A stretch of 64,000 nucleotides of DNA. Origin: Candidatus Spongiisociaceae bacterium (lineage in GTDB: Bacteria; Actinomycetota; Acidimicrobiia; Spongiisociales; Spongiisociaceae). The stretch spans positions 480,001 through 544,000 of the forward strand of contig OZ241841.1 of assembly GCA_965202665.1 (NCBI GenBank), read 5' to 3'. Below the pieces are notes generated by a model, which searched no databases, was not told the DNA's origin, and saw only the letters and a list, made by a program, of their open reading frames with translations. This document shows, one piece after another, positions 19,669-30,100 of the stretch (the stretch's first letter is position 1; each line of letters starts with the position of its first letter). The translations under genes were made by a program, and so were the position numbers.

Positions 19669-19724
19669 CACCCAACCTCCATCTTCGCTTCCGGTCCAAC
19701 CCGTAAACGGGACCGATGCGAAAA

Positions 19725-19752
19725 ACGCTACCCCCCCCCCCCAATTTGTCAA
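19725..19752 (-). promoter_or_regulatory. Promoter with G12 tract (TTGACA-AATT-G12-TAGCGT, 16-nt spacer)
   Basis: -35 at 19747-19752, C12 at 19731-19742, -10 at 19725-19730. Confidence 0.85.
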
Positions 19753-19777
19753 ATTAAGCCTCCGCGCCAGCGGAGGC
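19751..19777 (-). terminator. Probable intrinsic terminator of paralogue 4, abutting the -35 of paralogue 3
   Basis: Perfect 8-bp stem GCCTCCGC-N4-GCGGAGGC (19758-19777), followed on the minus strand by TTAATTT. Lies about 57 nt after the paralogue 4 stop. Confidence 0.55.
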
Positions 19778-19834
19778 GTTGAACCACTTTGCGCCGTTTC
19801 CCCAATTAGGCCACCTTTTGAACAGGAGGGTGGG

Positions 19835-22800
19835 TTATGATTCTCCGGTGGTAGTGGGGGCTTGGTTGATTACTCTTACGAAGAAGGATGCCATCTGCGC
19901 CCGGGTTACCGGATTGTTGGGGCAGTACCTGAGGGGGGGCGTGGTGGTGCATCCTCTGGTCACTTCGCTTTCGGCTATGCCTTCGATAGCACGCACCACC
20001 GCTGCGTCCAGGTTGGCGGTGTCGGCGAACAGGTTTTGGGATTCGGATACGGCTTGGATGTGGGGGAAAGCGGCGACCATCATGACGGCCATGTCGGCTC
20101 GGGTGACTATGCCGCGGGGGTTGAAGTTCCCGTCGTTTAGCTGGAAGGCTCCGATGCTGACTAGCCAGTTGGCGTAGGGGCGGTAGCTGGCGTCGGCGGG
20201 GACGTCGTTGATTGTTATTCCGGTGGGGATTTGGATGGGCCAGCGGGGGTTGACTGCGCGGTAGATGAAGGTGGCCATTTGCCGGCGGGTGATTTGGGCG
20301 CTGGGGCAGTATTTGGTGGGGTCGTTGGCGTCGCATCCGATGGTTATTCCCCATTCGGCCATTAGCGCGATGTTGGGTTCGTGGACGCTGCCGTCGTCAT
20401 CGCAGAACCGTCCCTGGCAGACCACCGGCGCAGGCGGCGGCGCAACCGGCGGGGCGGGCCCAGCAGGCGGCGGGGCCCCTCCTCCGGCGGGGGGCGGGGC
20501 TCCTCCGCCTCCAGCGGCGGGTGGCGGGGCGGCCGGCGGCGGCGCACCCCCTCCTCCTCCGCCCCCTCCACCACCTCCACCTCCTCCGCCACCACCACTA
20601 CCGGTGGGTGCGCTTGGTGTGCTGGTTGGGGGCGGCGGGGGCGGCGGCGGGGGTGCGCTGTTGCGGATGGTGAGGACGGCGGGGGTGATGGTGAAGTCGG
20701 CGGCGGTTCCGGTTATTTGGAGGGTTTCGTTTGGTTCGGGGCCGTCGGTGTTGGGGATGGTTATGTTGAAGGTTGCGCTACCGGTTTGTGTCGCGGGGCG
20801 GATGGTTATGGTAGTGGGTTGGTTGGTGATTTGGTAGTCGTCGTTGGGGGTGGCGGTGCTGTCGGGGCCGGGGATGGTTATAGCCACAGAGGTGGCTTCA
20901 GAGCGGGTGGTGGTACCATCCAGCCGTGCGGTGATGGTGATCTGACGGTTGGTTTGTCCTTCGGGTAGGCTGGCGGGGTTGACGGTGAGGGTGATACCGG
21001 TGGGTGGATCGTCGTTGTCTTTGATAGTAAACGCGGCGGGTTCGATGGTGATTCCGGCGGAGGTTCCGGTTATCTGTACGGTTTCATCCGGTTCATCGAT
21101 GCTGTCGTCGGTGATAGGCAGGCTGAGGGTTCGGGTGGCACTGTTTTGATTAGCGAGGATGGTTAGGGGGGTGAGGGCGGGGGCGGTGTAGTCGGCGGCG
21201 ACGGCGGTTCCACCGAAGGCCAGGTTTATGGTGTGGGGGTTGGGGAGAGTTTCCCCGGTCGGGTAAGCGGCTTGTAGGGTTACGGACGTGTTGGTGTCTC
21301 CTTCGGTCCCTTGGTTTGGGGTGAGGGTTAGGGTAACGGTCAGGTCGTCGTCGATGAGGGTGAGGGTATCTTGCGCGATAGTGAAACCGGCGAGCGTTCC
21401 ACCGGCGACGGTCAGCGTTTCCGGCCCCTCAAAGTTGTTGTCGTTATATGTTCCGTCGGTTTTGAGCAGGAAAGTGTCGGTGCCGCTGTTTTGATAGCCG
21501 GGGATTTCCACATTGAAGGCATCCACCGTTTCATAGTCAGTTCCCTCAGTTGCTTCCCCAGCAGCCGTTTTACCGACCACGATCGGGACGAAGGTAGCGG
21601 CGGAACGGGTGGCTGTTCCCTGGAAGGTGGCTACCACCCGCACCCGGGTTTCTTCGTTTTCATGGGCTTCGGTGAGGTGTTCCCCACTACTGTCGGCACG
21701 GGTGCTGTGCAGGGAGAGAATGATAGCAGTGGGAGGGCCGTCGTTGTCGTTGATGGTGAGGGCGGCGGCTACCGTGTGATAATCCACATTGTTGATTGTT
21801 ACATGACTGCCGTCGATGATTATCCTTCTCGCCGGTTCATCGACGTTGTCATCGTTCACCGTAATATCTATATCCACATAACCGGTTTTGGTACCGGCGG
21901 CGATGGTGATACCGGCGGCGTAGCCGGAAGGGGTTCCGCTCGGTTTAGAGGGCCAGGCCACCCGGTAGTCCTCCCGGTTGGTCCAAACCCGGTTGGAGTC
22001 CGCGGTGGCGGTGCTGTCCTCGTCGATCTCCAAACCCACTACCACACCCCCGGTAGGGGCGTTCACCGGCAGGGTAGCGGTAACCCGCACAGTGGTTGTT
22101 CCGCTGTTTTCCGCCAACGCGGACACCGCGCTGCTATTGGAGGGGTTGGTCAGGGCCAGCCGGATGCCGCTGTCCGCGATGTTAATGGTGGCGGCATCGG
22201 AGGTGGATGTTCCGGCTACGGTGGCCGAACCGCTGATTTTCACCGTTTCCGCAGTAGTTTCCGCATCAGTATCAACCCGGGCGGTCAGCTGAAACGACCC
22301 CGCATGATGATGCTGCCCAGCCGGAATGCGGATAGTGAACGAGTTGCCCGTCTGGTCGGTGCACACATCTTCAGTCATCAACGGAGAACATGCCGTCGCC
22401 ACCGTAGCCCCGTTGGAGTCCCCGGCCGCTACCGTCACCGTCACGTCAGTGTTGGTTGCCAGCGCGGAGGAGGTCGCTCCCGCGAACCCGGCGGTCACCG
22501 TTACGTTGTGGGCGTCGGTGCTTTCCGTTACTCTCCCCGGCGAGGCGGTTACTTCCAAAGCGGTGTCGCTGGCCCCGATAGTCAACGTATCCGGGGTAAT
22601 CCCCACGCCGCTGTTCCCCGACGTCCCCGCGATCCTGAACGTTTCCGCCAACTCCGTCACCGCATCATCGGTAACCAACAGGCCCGTCAAGTTCGTCCAA
22701 GCGCTCTGCGTTTGCCCGGCGGGGATGGACACCGTAACCGGGGTAGCGGGAGGCGTGAAATCGATTCCCCCCGCCTCAGCCGACGCCGGCGACAAAGCCT

Positions 22801-25800
22801 CCGCAGTCACCCGCACCTGCAAAGCAGACCCTAAATCGTTGCTGGTAGCAGTAGCGAACGCCGCCCTTACCCGCACCGCGACCGTCTCGCCCTCCGACAA
22901 GGTTTTCTGATTCCCGCTTTCCACGCCGTCAGTATCCGCTGTCAGGGTTACGTCTAGATCGTCGTCGGTGATGACCAGCGTCGTTCCGCTGACCGCGAAC
23001 CCCCCGGCGGTGCCGTCGATGTTGATGGTTTCCGCGTCCTCGGCGATGGTGTCCCCTGTTATCAGCAAACCAGACAAAGCGACCGCGGAGCTGGTGGTGG
23101 CGGAGGCGGGGATGGTCACCGTTACCGCAGTGCCTGGTGCGGTGAAATCCGCCGCTTCCGCGTTTTCGCCCGCCCCGAACGACAAAGTTACGTCGGTGGC
23201 TTGGGTGAGAGAGGAACTGGACACCCCCGCGAATGAGGCGGTAACGGTCACCGCTCCGGCGTTGGCGTCTCTTTCATCCACCGTGGACTGACTGAGAGCC
23301 AAAACGATCGTTTCCAGAATGGGCAGGTCAGCGACTGCGACCGCCGGTAGATACCCGGTGGCGGAAGCGGTGAAACGGATGGTTTCCGCTCCCTCCATTG
23401 TCCCGTCATCCCGGGGAGTGAGCACGACATCCGCCGTCCCGCTGGTATCACCGCTGTTGATGGTAATAGGCGCCGTAGCGGCCCCGCGGGTGTAATCCCC
23501 GGTTGCCCCCAGAGTGGCGGTCCCGCCCGCGGCTCCTACGTTTACCGTGACTGTAGTGTTGGACGCGGCGGCTTTGCCGAGGGTGGCTTTCACCCGCACC
23601 GTCTGCGCGCCTCCGTTCTCGGTAATCCCCGACAGAGCAGGGGCGTCGCTGGACGGCTCGTGGAACGACAAAGTAAGTGCCCGGGTTGGGTCGTATACTT
23701 CCAGCTGGGCGGGGGTTACCGAGCCTATGGTGGTGGTACCGGTGAGTTTCAGGTTTTCTATGTCCTCGTTGTTGTCCATGTCATTGCGGGCTTGCAGTTG
23801 GAAGGAACCCGAGGCGTTGAGGTCCCCGGCGGGGATGCTGACCGTGAACTGATTGTTCGTCTGATTAGTACACACATCCGCCGCTGTCGGCGTTATGGAA
23901 CATACCGCTGAATCTACCGTCGCGCCGTTGGTGTCCCCCGCCCCGACCGTGACTGTCACCGGGGTGGCCGCTGACAGTACCGAGGTGGCTCCTTGGAAGC
24001 GGGCGGTTACCGTTATCTGATGAGCCGCCGCTTGTTCCACCACCCCGGTAGGCGACGCCGACAGCGTCACGTCAACATCGTCGTCGACGATGGTCACCTT
24101 CTCTGAAGCCACCGTCGCTCCGCCTGTTGCGGTGCCGGTGATGAGGAACGTTTCCGCTCCTTCCGCTATCGTGTCATCCGCTACCGACAACCCGGTTAGG
24201 TTCACCCAGCCGCTTTGCAGGGCGGTTCCGGTGGGTATCGTCACCGTCGCCGCCGCGCCGGGGGCGGTGAAATCGACACCCCCGCCGGTAGCTGACACCG
24301 GCGAACCCTCCCCGGCGGTTACTTGAATCTGGTAAGCAGCGGACAGGTCGTTGGTAGTAGCGGTGGTGAACGCGGCCCGTACCCGCACCGCCGCCGTTTC
24401 CCCCTCCGGCAAAGTTTGCTGCTCCCCGGTGGCGCTGTCGGTGTCCGCGGTTAACGTAACTCCCAGGTCGTCGTCGGTTATGGTCAGCTCCGTTCCGCTC
24501 ACCCCGAACCCGTCCGCCGTTCCCCCAACATCGATTTTCTCCTCCCCTTCCGCGATCGTATCCCCCGTAATCAACAAACCGGTCAAAGCGGCGGCGGAAC
24601 TGGAGGTGGAACCAGCCGGGATGCTCAACGTGAGCGCGGCGCCCGGGGCGGTGAAATCCAGCGTCTCCGCCTCCTCACCCGCACCGAACGACAACGTAAC
24701 AGCCGTCGCCCCGGTTAGCGTCGAAGAAGACGCCCCCGCAAACGCCGCGGTTACCGTCGCCGCCCCCGCGTTTGTTGCGCTCTCGCCTATTGATGACTGA
24801 CTGAGCGTCAACTCAATCGTTTCCGTGATCTTCAAATCAGCGGGAAAAATAGTGAACCCGGCAGCGGAACCGGTGAACCTAATCGTCTCCGCTCCCTCCA
24901 CCACCGTGTCCGACAAACCGGTGATCGTCGCATCCGCCGTACCAGACGACTCACCCGACGCAATCGTCACATCCACCGTTCCCGATCCCGGGTCGAAGTC
25001 GCCGCTCGTGCACGACCGCCCCGGACCGCTCCCCGTGCACGTCCCCAACGTCGCCGTACCCCCCGCAGACCCCACATTCACGCTGATCGTCGTGTCCGAG
25101 GTCACCGCCGCCCCCGCAGTGGCCTTCACCCGCACCGTCTGCGCCCCCCCATCCTCCGCGATCCCCGCCAAAACAGCCTCCCCCGCCGCCGCCTCATGAA
25201 AAGACAAATTAACCTTCGTCCCCGCATCGATAATCGGCAAATCCGCCGACTCCACTACTACCGCCGACCCGCCCACCGACGCCGAACCCGACACCCTAAG
25301 CTTCTCCCCCGACTCACCCGCACCATCATCAGGAACCGTCACCGAAAACGTAGCGCTCGCCGACGTACCACCCGCCGGAATAGAAATCGTCGTCGCATTG
25401 CCCGTCAAACTGGTACAAGCATCATTCCCGCCGGCCACCGGACACGCCGACGACAAAGAAGCCCCACCCGCCCCCGCCACCGACACCGCCACAGCAGTCG
25501 CAGTTGTCAGGATCGACGACGACCCTTTGAACCGGGCCGTCACCGTAACCTGACGCGCCGCCGCCTGCTCCTCCACCGACGACAAAGACCACCCCAACTC
25601 AATATCAGCATCATCATCATAAATCGTCAACTCCGACTCCGCAATCGTGTACTCAGAACCCAAACTAGACGTCCCCCCGCCAAACGTCAACGTCTCCGGC
25701 CCCTCCACCACCGCATCATCAACCACCGACAAACCCGCCAACGACCCATTACCGCTCTTCACCGCGCCAGCGGGAATAGAAAACGTGCTCGCAGACGACG

Positions 25801-26983
25801 AAACATAATTGACATCCGCGTCCCCCGCCTCCCCCGCCGCCGGCGAAGCCTTCTCATCCACCGACAAAACAGCCGTCGTCGCCGACGCATGAGTCGACGA
25901 CCCAACCCCATCCGGCCACCCCGCCCACGCCACCACCCCCGAACCCGACGCCCCCTCCGCCAACACAGACTGATTCCCCTCAGTTTCACTATCGGTGTCC
26001 ACCCTGAACACCACCTGCGAATCCACCAAATCCCTAATAATCACCGGGCCTCTCTCCACCGTAAACCCCGCGACAGAGCCATAAACCCCTAACCGTATGT
26101 GCACCCGGTCCGCATCTGCGGTATTATTCGCATGCAAACCGTAATAATAATTACTGGTGGTAGAGGTTAACCTACCACCCGAAAAGTTTAAAAACCTCTT
26201 TTCTGATGGGTGCCATTTATTTCTTGAATTTATGCCTGAAGAGATAGTGCCAAGCTGTATAAAGTGATTCCACACCTGTACTGAGTTTGCCGGATCGAGT
26301 GATTTGTTCTGAGTTTGTATTGTTCCTGTGTATGTAGAAGATGTAGAAGAAGTGAACCGGCCACCCGACAAACCTCCCAAAGTACCAGTAGCATTAACAT
26401 AAATTCTATTTTGATACGTAGCCGCCTCGTATACCACAATCGGGCTGATTTTGATAGTCCGATCCTGATCCGTAATAGTCAAATCAGTCGGAGAGACCGT
26501 ATACCCAGCAACGGTGGTAGTACCGGTCAACCGGATTGTCTCATGATCCTCTGTAATCCTATCCGACCGCAGAAAGAGTGTAGCGTCAAAAGGATAAGTA
26601 TAGCTAGTAGCACCCGCCCTAATAGTTATACTAGGAGGCGCGCCCCTAATACAGTAATCACCAGCAGAGCAAACCCACCTCGAAGGACGACCCTGTCTTC
26701 GCTCCTCGTAAGATGTCGCATCACGCGCTACTCCTTGAGTGGCGGTACCACTTATCAAAGAATTGACATTCACCCGCAAATCGGAGGACGGCGCCGAGGG
26801 CACCGACGCCTTCAACCGCAAAGCCTTCGTACCGCTGTCCTCCCCCACCGAGGTCACCGGGTTGCCCGCAGGATCAACCCAACTGAGCGTAATCGCCGTC
26901 TGCGCCCCCACCACCGCAGGCGCGGCCGGCAACACCGACAGGACCAAACCCGCCGCCAACGCCAACAGCCCCAGCCGCCGCAT
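19835..26983 (-). CDS. Giant secreted Calx-beta-like repeat/SLH protein, paralogue 4 (2382 aa)
   Basis: ORF track; signal peptide MRRLGLLALAAGLVLS...VGA-Q; Calx-beta-like repeats; SLH-like C-terminus. Confidence 0.9.
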   Translation of the reverse strand: MRRLGLLALAAGLVLSVLPAAPAVVGAQTAITLSWVDPAGNPVTSVGEDSGTKALRLKASVPSAPSSDLRVNVNSLISGTATQGVARDATSYEERRQGRPSRWVCSAGDYCIRGAPPSITIRAGATSYTYPFDATLFLRSDRITEDHETIRLTGTTTVAGYTVSPTDLTITDQDRTIKISPIVVYEAATYQNRIYVNATGTLGGLSGGRFTSSTSSTYTGTIQTQNKSLDPANSVQVWNHFIQLGTISSGINSRNKWHPSEKRFLNFSGGRLTSTTSNYYYGLHANNTADADRVHIRLGVYGSVAGFTVERGPVIIRDLVDSQVVFRVDTDSETEGNQSVLAEGASGSGVVAWAGWPDGVGSSTHASATTAVLSVDEKASPAAGEAGDADVNYVSSSASTFSIPAGAVKSGNGSLAGLSVVDDAVVEGPETLTFGGGTSSLGSEYTIAESELTIYDDDADIELGWSLSSVEEQAAARQVTVTARFKGSSSILTTATAVAVSVAGAGGASLSSACPVAGGNDACTSLTGNATTISIPAGGTSASATFSVTVPDDGAGESGEKLRVSGSASVGGSAVVVESADLPIIDAGTKVNLSFHEAAAGEAVLAGIAEDGGAQTVRVKATAGAAVTSDTTISVNVGSAGGTATLGTCTGSGPGRSCTSGDFDPGSGTVDVTIASGESSGTADATITGLSDTVVEGAETIRFTGSAAGFTIFPADLKITETIELTLSQSSIGESATNAGAATVTAAFAGASSSTLTGATAVTLSFGAGEEAETLDFTAPGAALTLSIPAGSTSSSAAALTGLLITGDTIAEGEEKIDVGGTADGFGVSGTELTITDDDLGVTLTADTDSATGEQQTLPEGETAAVRVRAAFTTATTNDLSAAYQIQVTAGEGSPVSATGGGVDFTAPGAAATVTIPTGTALQSGWVNLTGLSVADDTIAEGAETFLITGTATGGATVASEKVTIVDDDVDVTLSASPTGVVEQAAAHQITVTARFQGATSVLSAATPVTVTVGAGDTNGATVDSAVCSITPTAADVCTNQTNNQFTVSIPAGDLNASGSFQLQARNDMDNNEDIENLKLTGTTTIGSVTPAQLEVYDPTRALTLSFHEPSSDAPALSGITENGGAQTVRVKATLGKAAASNTTVTVNVGAAGGTATLGATGDYTRGAATAPITINSGDTSGTADVVLTPRDDGTMEGAETIRFTASATGYLPAVAVADLPILETIVLALSQSTVDERDANAGAVTVTASFAGVSSSSLTQATDVTLSFGAGENAEAADFTAPGTAVTVTIPASATTSSAVALSGLLITGDTIAEDAETINIDGTAGGFAVSGTTLVITDDDLDVTLTADTDGVESGNQKTLSEGETVAVRVRAAFATATSNDLGSALQVRVTAEALSPASAEAGGIDFTPPATPVTVSIPAGQTQSAWTNLTGLLVTDDAVTELAETFRIAGTSGNSGVGITPDTLTIGASDTALEVTASPGRVTESTDAHNVTVTAGFAGATSSALATNTDVTVTVAAGDSNGATVATACSPLMTEDVCTDQTGNSFTIRIPAGQHHHAGSFQLTARVDTDAETTAETVKISGSATVAGTSTSDAATINIADSGIRLALTNPSNSSAVSALAENSGTTTVRVTATLPVNAPTGGVVVGLEIDEDSTATADSNRVWTNREDYRVAWPSKPSGTPSGYAAGITIAAGTKTGYVDIDITVNDDNVDEPARRIIIDGSHVTINNVDYHTVAAALTINDNDGPPTAIILSLHSTRADSSGEHLTEAHENEETRVRVVATFQGTATRSAATFVPIVVGKTAAGEATEGTDYETVDAFNVEIPGYQNSGTDTFLLKTDGTYNDNNFEGPETLTVAGGTLAGFTIAQDTLTLIDDDLTVTLTLTPNQGTEGDTNTSVTLQAAYPTGETLPNPHTINLAFGGTAVAADYTAPALTPLTILANQNSATRTLSLPITDDSIDEPDETVQITGTSAGITIEPAAFTIKDNDDPPTGITLTVNPASLPEGQTNRQITITARLDGTTTRSEATSVAITIPGPDSTATPNDDYQITNQPTTITIRPATQTGSATFNITIPNTDGPEPNETLQITGTAADFTITPAVLTIRNSAPPPPPPPPPTSTPSAPTGSGGGGGGGGGGGGGGGGGAPPPAAPPPAAGGGGAPPPAGGGAPPPAGPAPPVAPPPAPVVCQGRFCDDDGSVHEPNIALMAEWGITIGCDANDPTKYCPSAQITRRQMATFIYRAVNPRWPIQIPTGITINDVPADASYRPYANWLVSIGAFQLNDGNFNPRGIVTRADMAVMMVAAFPHIQAVSESQNLFADTANLDAAVVRAIEGIAESEVTRGCTTTPPLRYCPNNPVTRAQMASFFVRVINQAPTTTGES

Positions 26984-27040
26984 TCTCCAACCTCCATACT
27001 CGCTTCCGGCCAGCCCGTAAAACAGGACCGATTACGGGAA

Positions 27041-27067
27041 ACGCTACCCCCCCCCCCAATTTGTCAA
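27041..27067 (-). promoter_or_regulatory. Promoter with G11 tract (TTGACA-AATT-G11-TAGCGT, 15-nt spacer)
   Basis: -35 at 27062-27067, C11 at 27047-27057, -10 at 27041-27046. Confidence 0.85.
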
Positions 27068-27106
27068 ATCAACCCCCGATGAGGGCGTCGACGTTGCCTA
27101 GCTGGC

Positions 27107-30100
27107 TCAACCCGATTCTTCGGTGGTGGTGGGGGCTTGGTTGATTACTCTTACGAAGAAGGACGCCATCTGGGCGCGGGTTACCGGATTGTTGGGGCAG
27201 TATCTGAGAGGCGGCGTGGTGGTGCATCCTCTGGTCACTTCGCTTTCGGCTATGCCTTCTATGGCCCTTACCACGGCCGCGTCCAGGTTGGCGGTGTCGG
27301 CGAACAGGTTTTGGGATTCGGATACGGCTTGGATGTGGGGGAAAGCAGCTACCATCATGACCGCCATGTCGGCTCGGGTTACTATGCCCCTGGGGTTGAA
27401 GTTCCCGTCGTCTAGTTGGAAGGCCCCGATGGATACTAGCCAGTTGGCGTAGGGGCGGTAGCTGGCGTCGGCGGGGACGTCGTTGATTGTTACGCCGGTG
27501 GGGATTTGGATGGGCCAGCGGGGGTTGACGGCGCGGTAGATGAAGGTGGCCATTTGCCTGCGGGTGATTTGGGCGCTGGGGCAGTATTTGGTGGGGTCGT
27601 TGGCGTCGCATCCGATGGTTATTCCCCATTCGGCCATTAGCGCGATGTTGGGTTCGTGGACGCTGCCGTCGTCGTCGCAGAACCGACCCTGACAGGCCAC
27701 CGGCGCGGGAGGCGGCGGTGCGGGCGCGGCGGGCCCAGCCGGGGGTGGGGCCCCTCCTCCTGCGGCGGGAGGCGGGGCTCCGCCTCCTCCTCCTCCGGCG
27801 GCGGGGGGCGGCGCGGCCGGCGGCGGCGCGCCTCCACCGCCTCCTCCGCCGCCGGTGGGTGGGTTGGGGGTGGTGGTTGGTGGCGGCGGGGGCGGGGGCG
27901 GGGGTGCGCTGTTGCGGATGGTGAGAACGGCGGGGGTGATGGTGAACCCGGCGAGGGTTCCGTTTATTTGGAGGGTTTCGTTTGGTTCGGGGCCGTCGGT
28001 GTTGGGGATGGTTATGTTGAAAGTTGCGGTTCCGGTTTGCGTTGCGGGGCGGATGGTTATGGTGGTGGGCTGGTTGGTGATTTGGTAGTCGGCGGGGGTG
28101 GTGGTGCTGTCGGGGCCGGGGATGGTTATAGCCACGGAGGTGGTTTCAGATCGGGTGGTGGAGCCGTCCAGCCGGGCGGTGATGGTGATCTGACGGTTGT
28201 TTGCTCCTTCGTCTAAGCCGGATGGGCTGGTGGTGAGGGTGATGCCGGTGGGTGGGTCGTCGTTGTCTTTGATAGTGAAGGTGGCGGGGGTGATAGTGAT
28301 TCCGGCGGAGGTTCCAGTTATCTGTACGGTTTCATCCGGTTCATCGATGCTGTCATCGGTGATAGGCAAGCTGAGGGTTCGGGTAACGCTGTTTTGATTA
28401 GCGAGGATGGTTAGGGGGGTGAGGGCGGGGGCGGTGTAGTCGGCTCCGGCGGTGGCGGTTCCTCCGAGGGCCAGGGTTATGGTGTGGGGGTTGGGGAGGG
28501 TCTCCCCGGTCGGGTAGGCGGCTTGTAGGGTTACGGACGTGTTGGTGTCTCCTTCGGTCCCTTGGTTCGGGGTGAGGGTGAGTGTAACGGTCAGGTCGTC
28601 GTCGATGAGGGTGAGGGTATCTTGCGCGATCGTGAATCCGGCGAGCGTTCCACCGGCGACGGTTAGCGTTTCCGGGCCCTCAAAGTTGTTGTCGTTGTAT
28701 GTTCCGTCGGTTTTGAGCAGGAAAGTATCGGTGCCGCTGTTTTGGTAGCCGGGGATTTCCACATTGAAGTCGGCTACCGTTTGGTAGTCGGTTCCTTCGG
28801 TGGCTTCCCCGGTTTTGCCAACCACGATGGGGACGAAGGTGGCGGCGGAGCGGGTGGCTGTTCCCTGGAAGGTAGCTACCACCCGCACCCGGGTTTCTTC
28901 GTTTTCATGGGCTTCGGTGAGGTGTTCCCCACTACTGTCGGCCCGGGTGCTGTGCAAGGTGAGAGTGACAGCAGTGGGAGGGCCGTCGTTGTCGTTGATG
29001 GTGAGAGCGGCGGCTACCGTGTGATAATCCACATTGTTGATTGTTACATGACTGCCGTCGATGATTATCCTTCTTGTCGGTTCGTCGACGTTGTCATCGT
29101 TTACCGTAATATCTATATCCACGTAGCCGGTTTTGGTACCGGCGGCGATGGTGATACCGGTGTTGTAGCCGGAGGGGGTTCCGCTCGGTTTAGAGGGCCA
29201 GGCCACTCGGTAGTCTTCCCGGTTGGTCCAAACCCGGTTGGAGTCCGCGGTGGCGGTGCTGTCCTCGTCGATCTCCAAACCCACCACCACACCGCCGGTA
29301 GGGGCGTTCACCGGCAGGGTAGCGGTAACCCGCACAGTGGTTGTTCCGCTGTTTTCCGCCAACGCGGACACCGCGCTGTTGCTGGAGGGGTTGGTCAGGA
29401 CAAGCCGGATGCCGCTGTCCGCGATGTTGATAGTCGTAGAATCGGAGGCGGCTGTTCCGGCGACGGTGGCCGAACCGCTGATTTTCACCGTTTCCGCAGT
29501 AGTTTCCGCATCAGTATCAACCCGGGCGGTCAGCTGAAACGACCCCGTATGATGATGCTGACCAGCCGGAATGCGGATAGTGAACGAGTTGCCCGTCTGG
29601 TCGGTGCACACATCTTCAGTCATCGACGGAGAGCATGCCGTCGCCACCGTCGCTCCGTTGGAATCCCCGGCCGCTACCGTAACCGTCACGTCGGTGTTGG
29701 TTGCCAGCGCGGAGGAGGTCGCTCCGGCGAACCCGGCGGTGACCGTTATGTTGTGGGCGTCGGTGCTTTCCGTCACCCTCCCCGGCGACGCGGTTACCTC
29801 CAAAGCGGTGTCGCTGGCCCCGATAGTCAACGTATCCGGGGTAATCCCCACGCCGCTGTTCACCGACGTCCCCGCGATTCTGAACGTTTCCGCCAACTCC
29901 GTCACCGCATCATCCGTAACCAACAGGCCCGTCAAGTTCGTCCAGGCGCTTTGGGTTTGCCCGGCGGGGATGGACACCGTGACCGGGGTGGCGGGAGGGG
30001 TGAAATCTATTCCCCCCGCCTCAGCCGACGCCGGCGACAAAGCCTCCGCGGTCACGCGTACTTGCAGAGCGGATCCTATATCGTTGCTGGTAGCAGTCGT

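Noticed and set aside
19669-19752. N-terminal extension MTNWGGGVAF... implying a translational (frameshift) poly-G switch
   Set aside because: The 'start' is the TTG of the TTGACA box. It is out of frame with the gene in paralogues 1 and 5, and the conserved GGAGG/ATG plus signal peptide mark the true start downstream of the tract.
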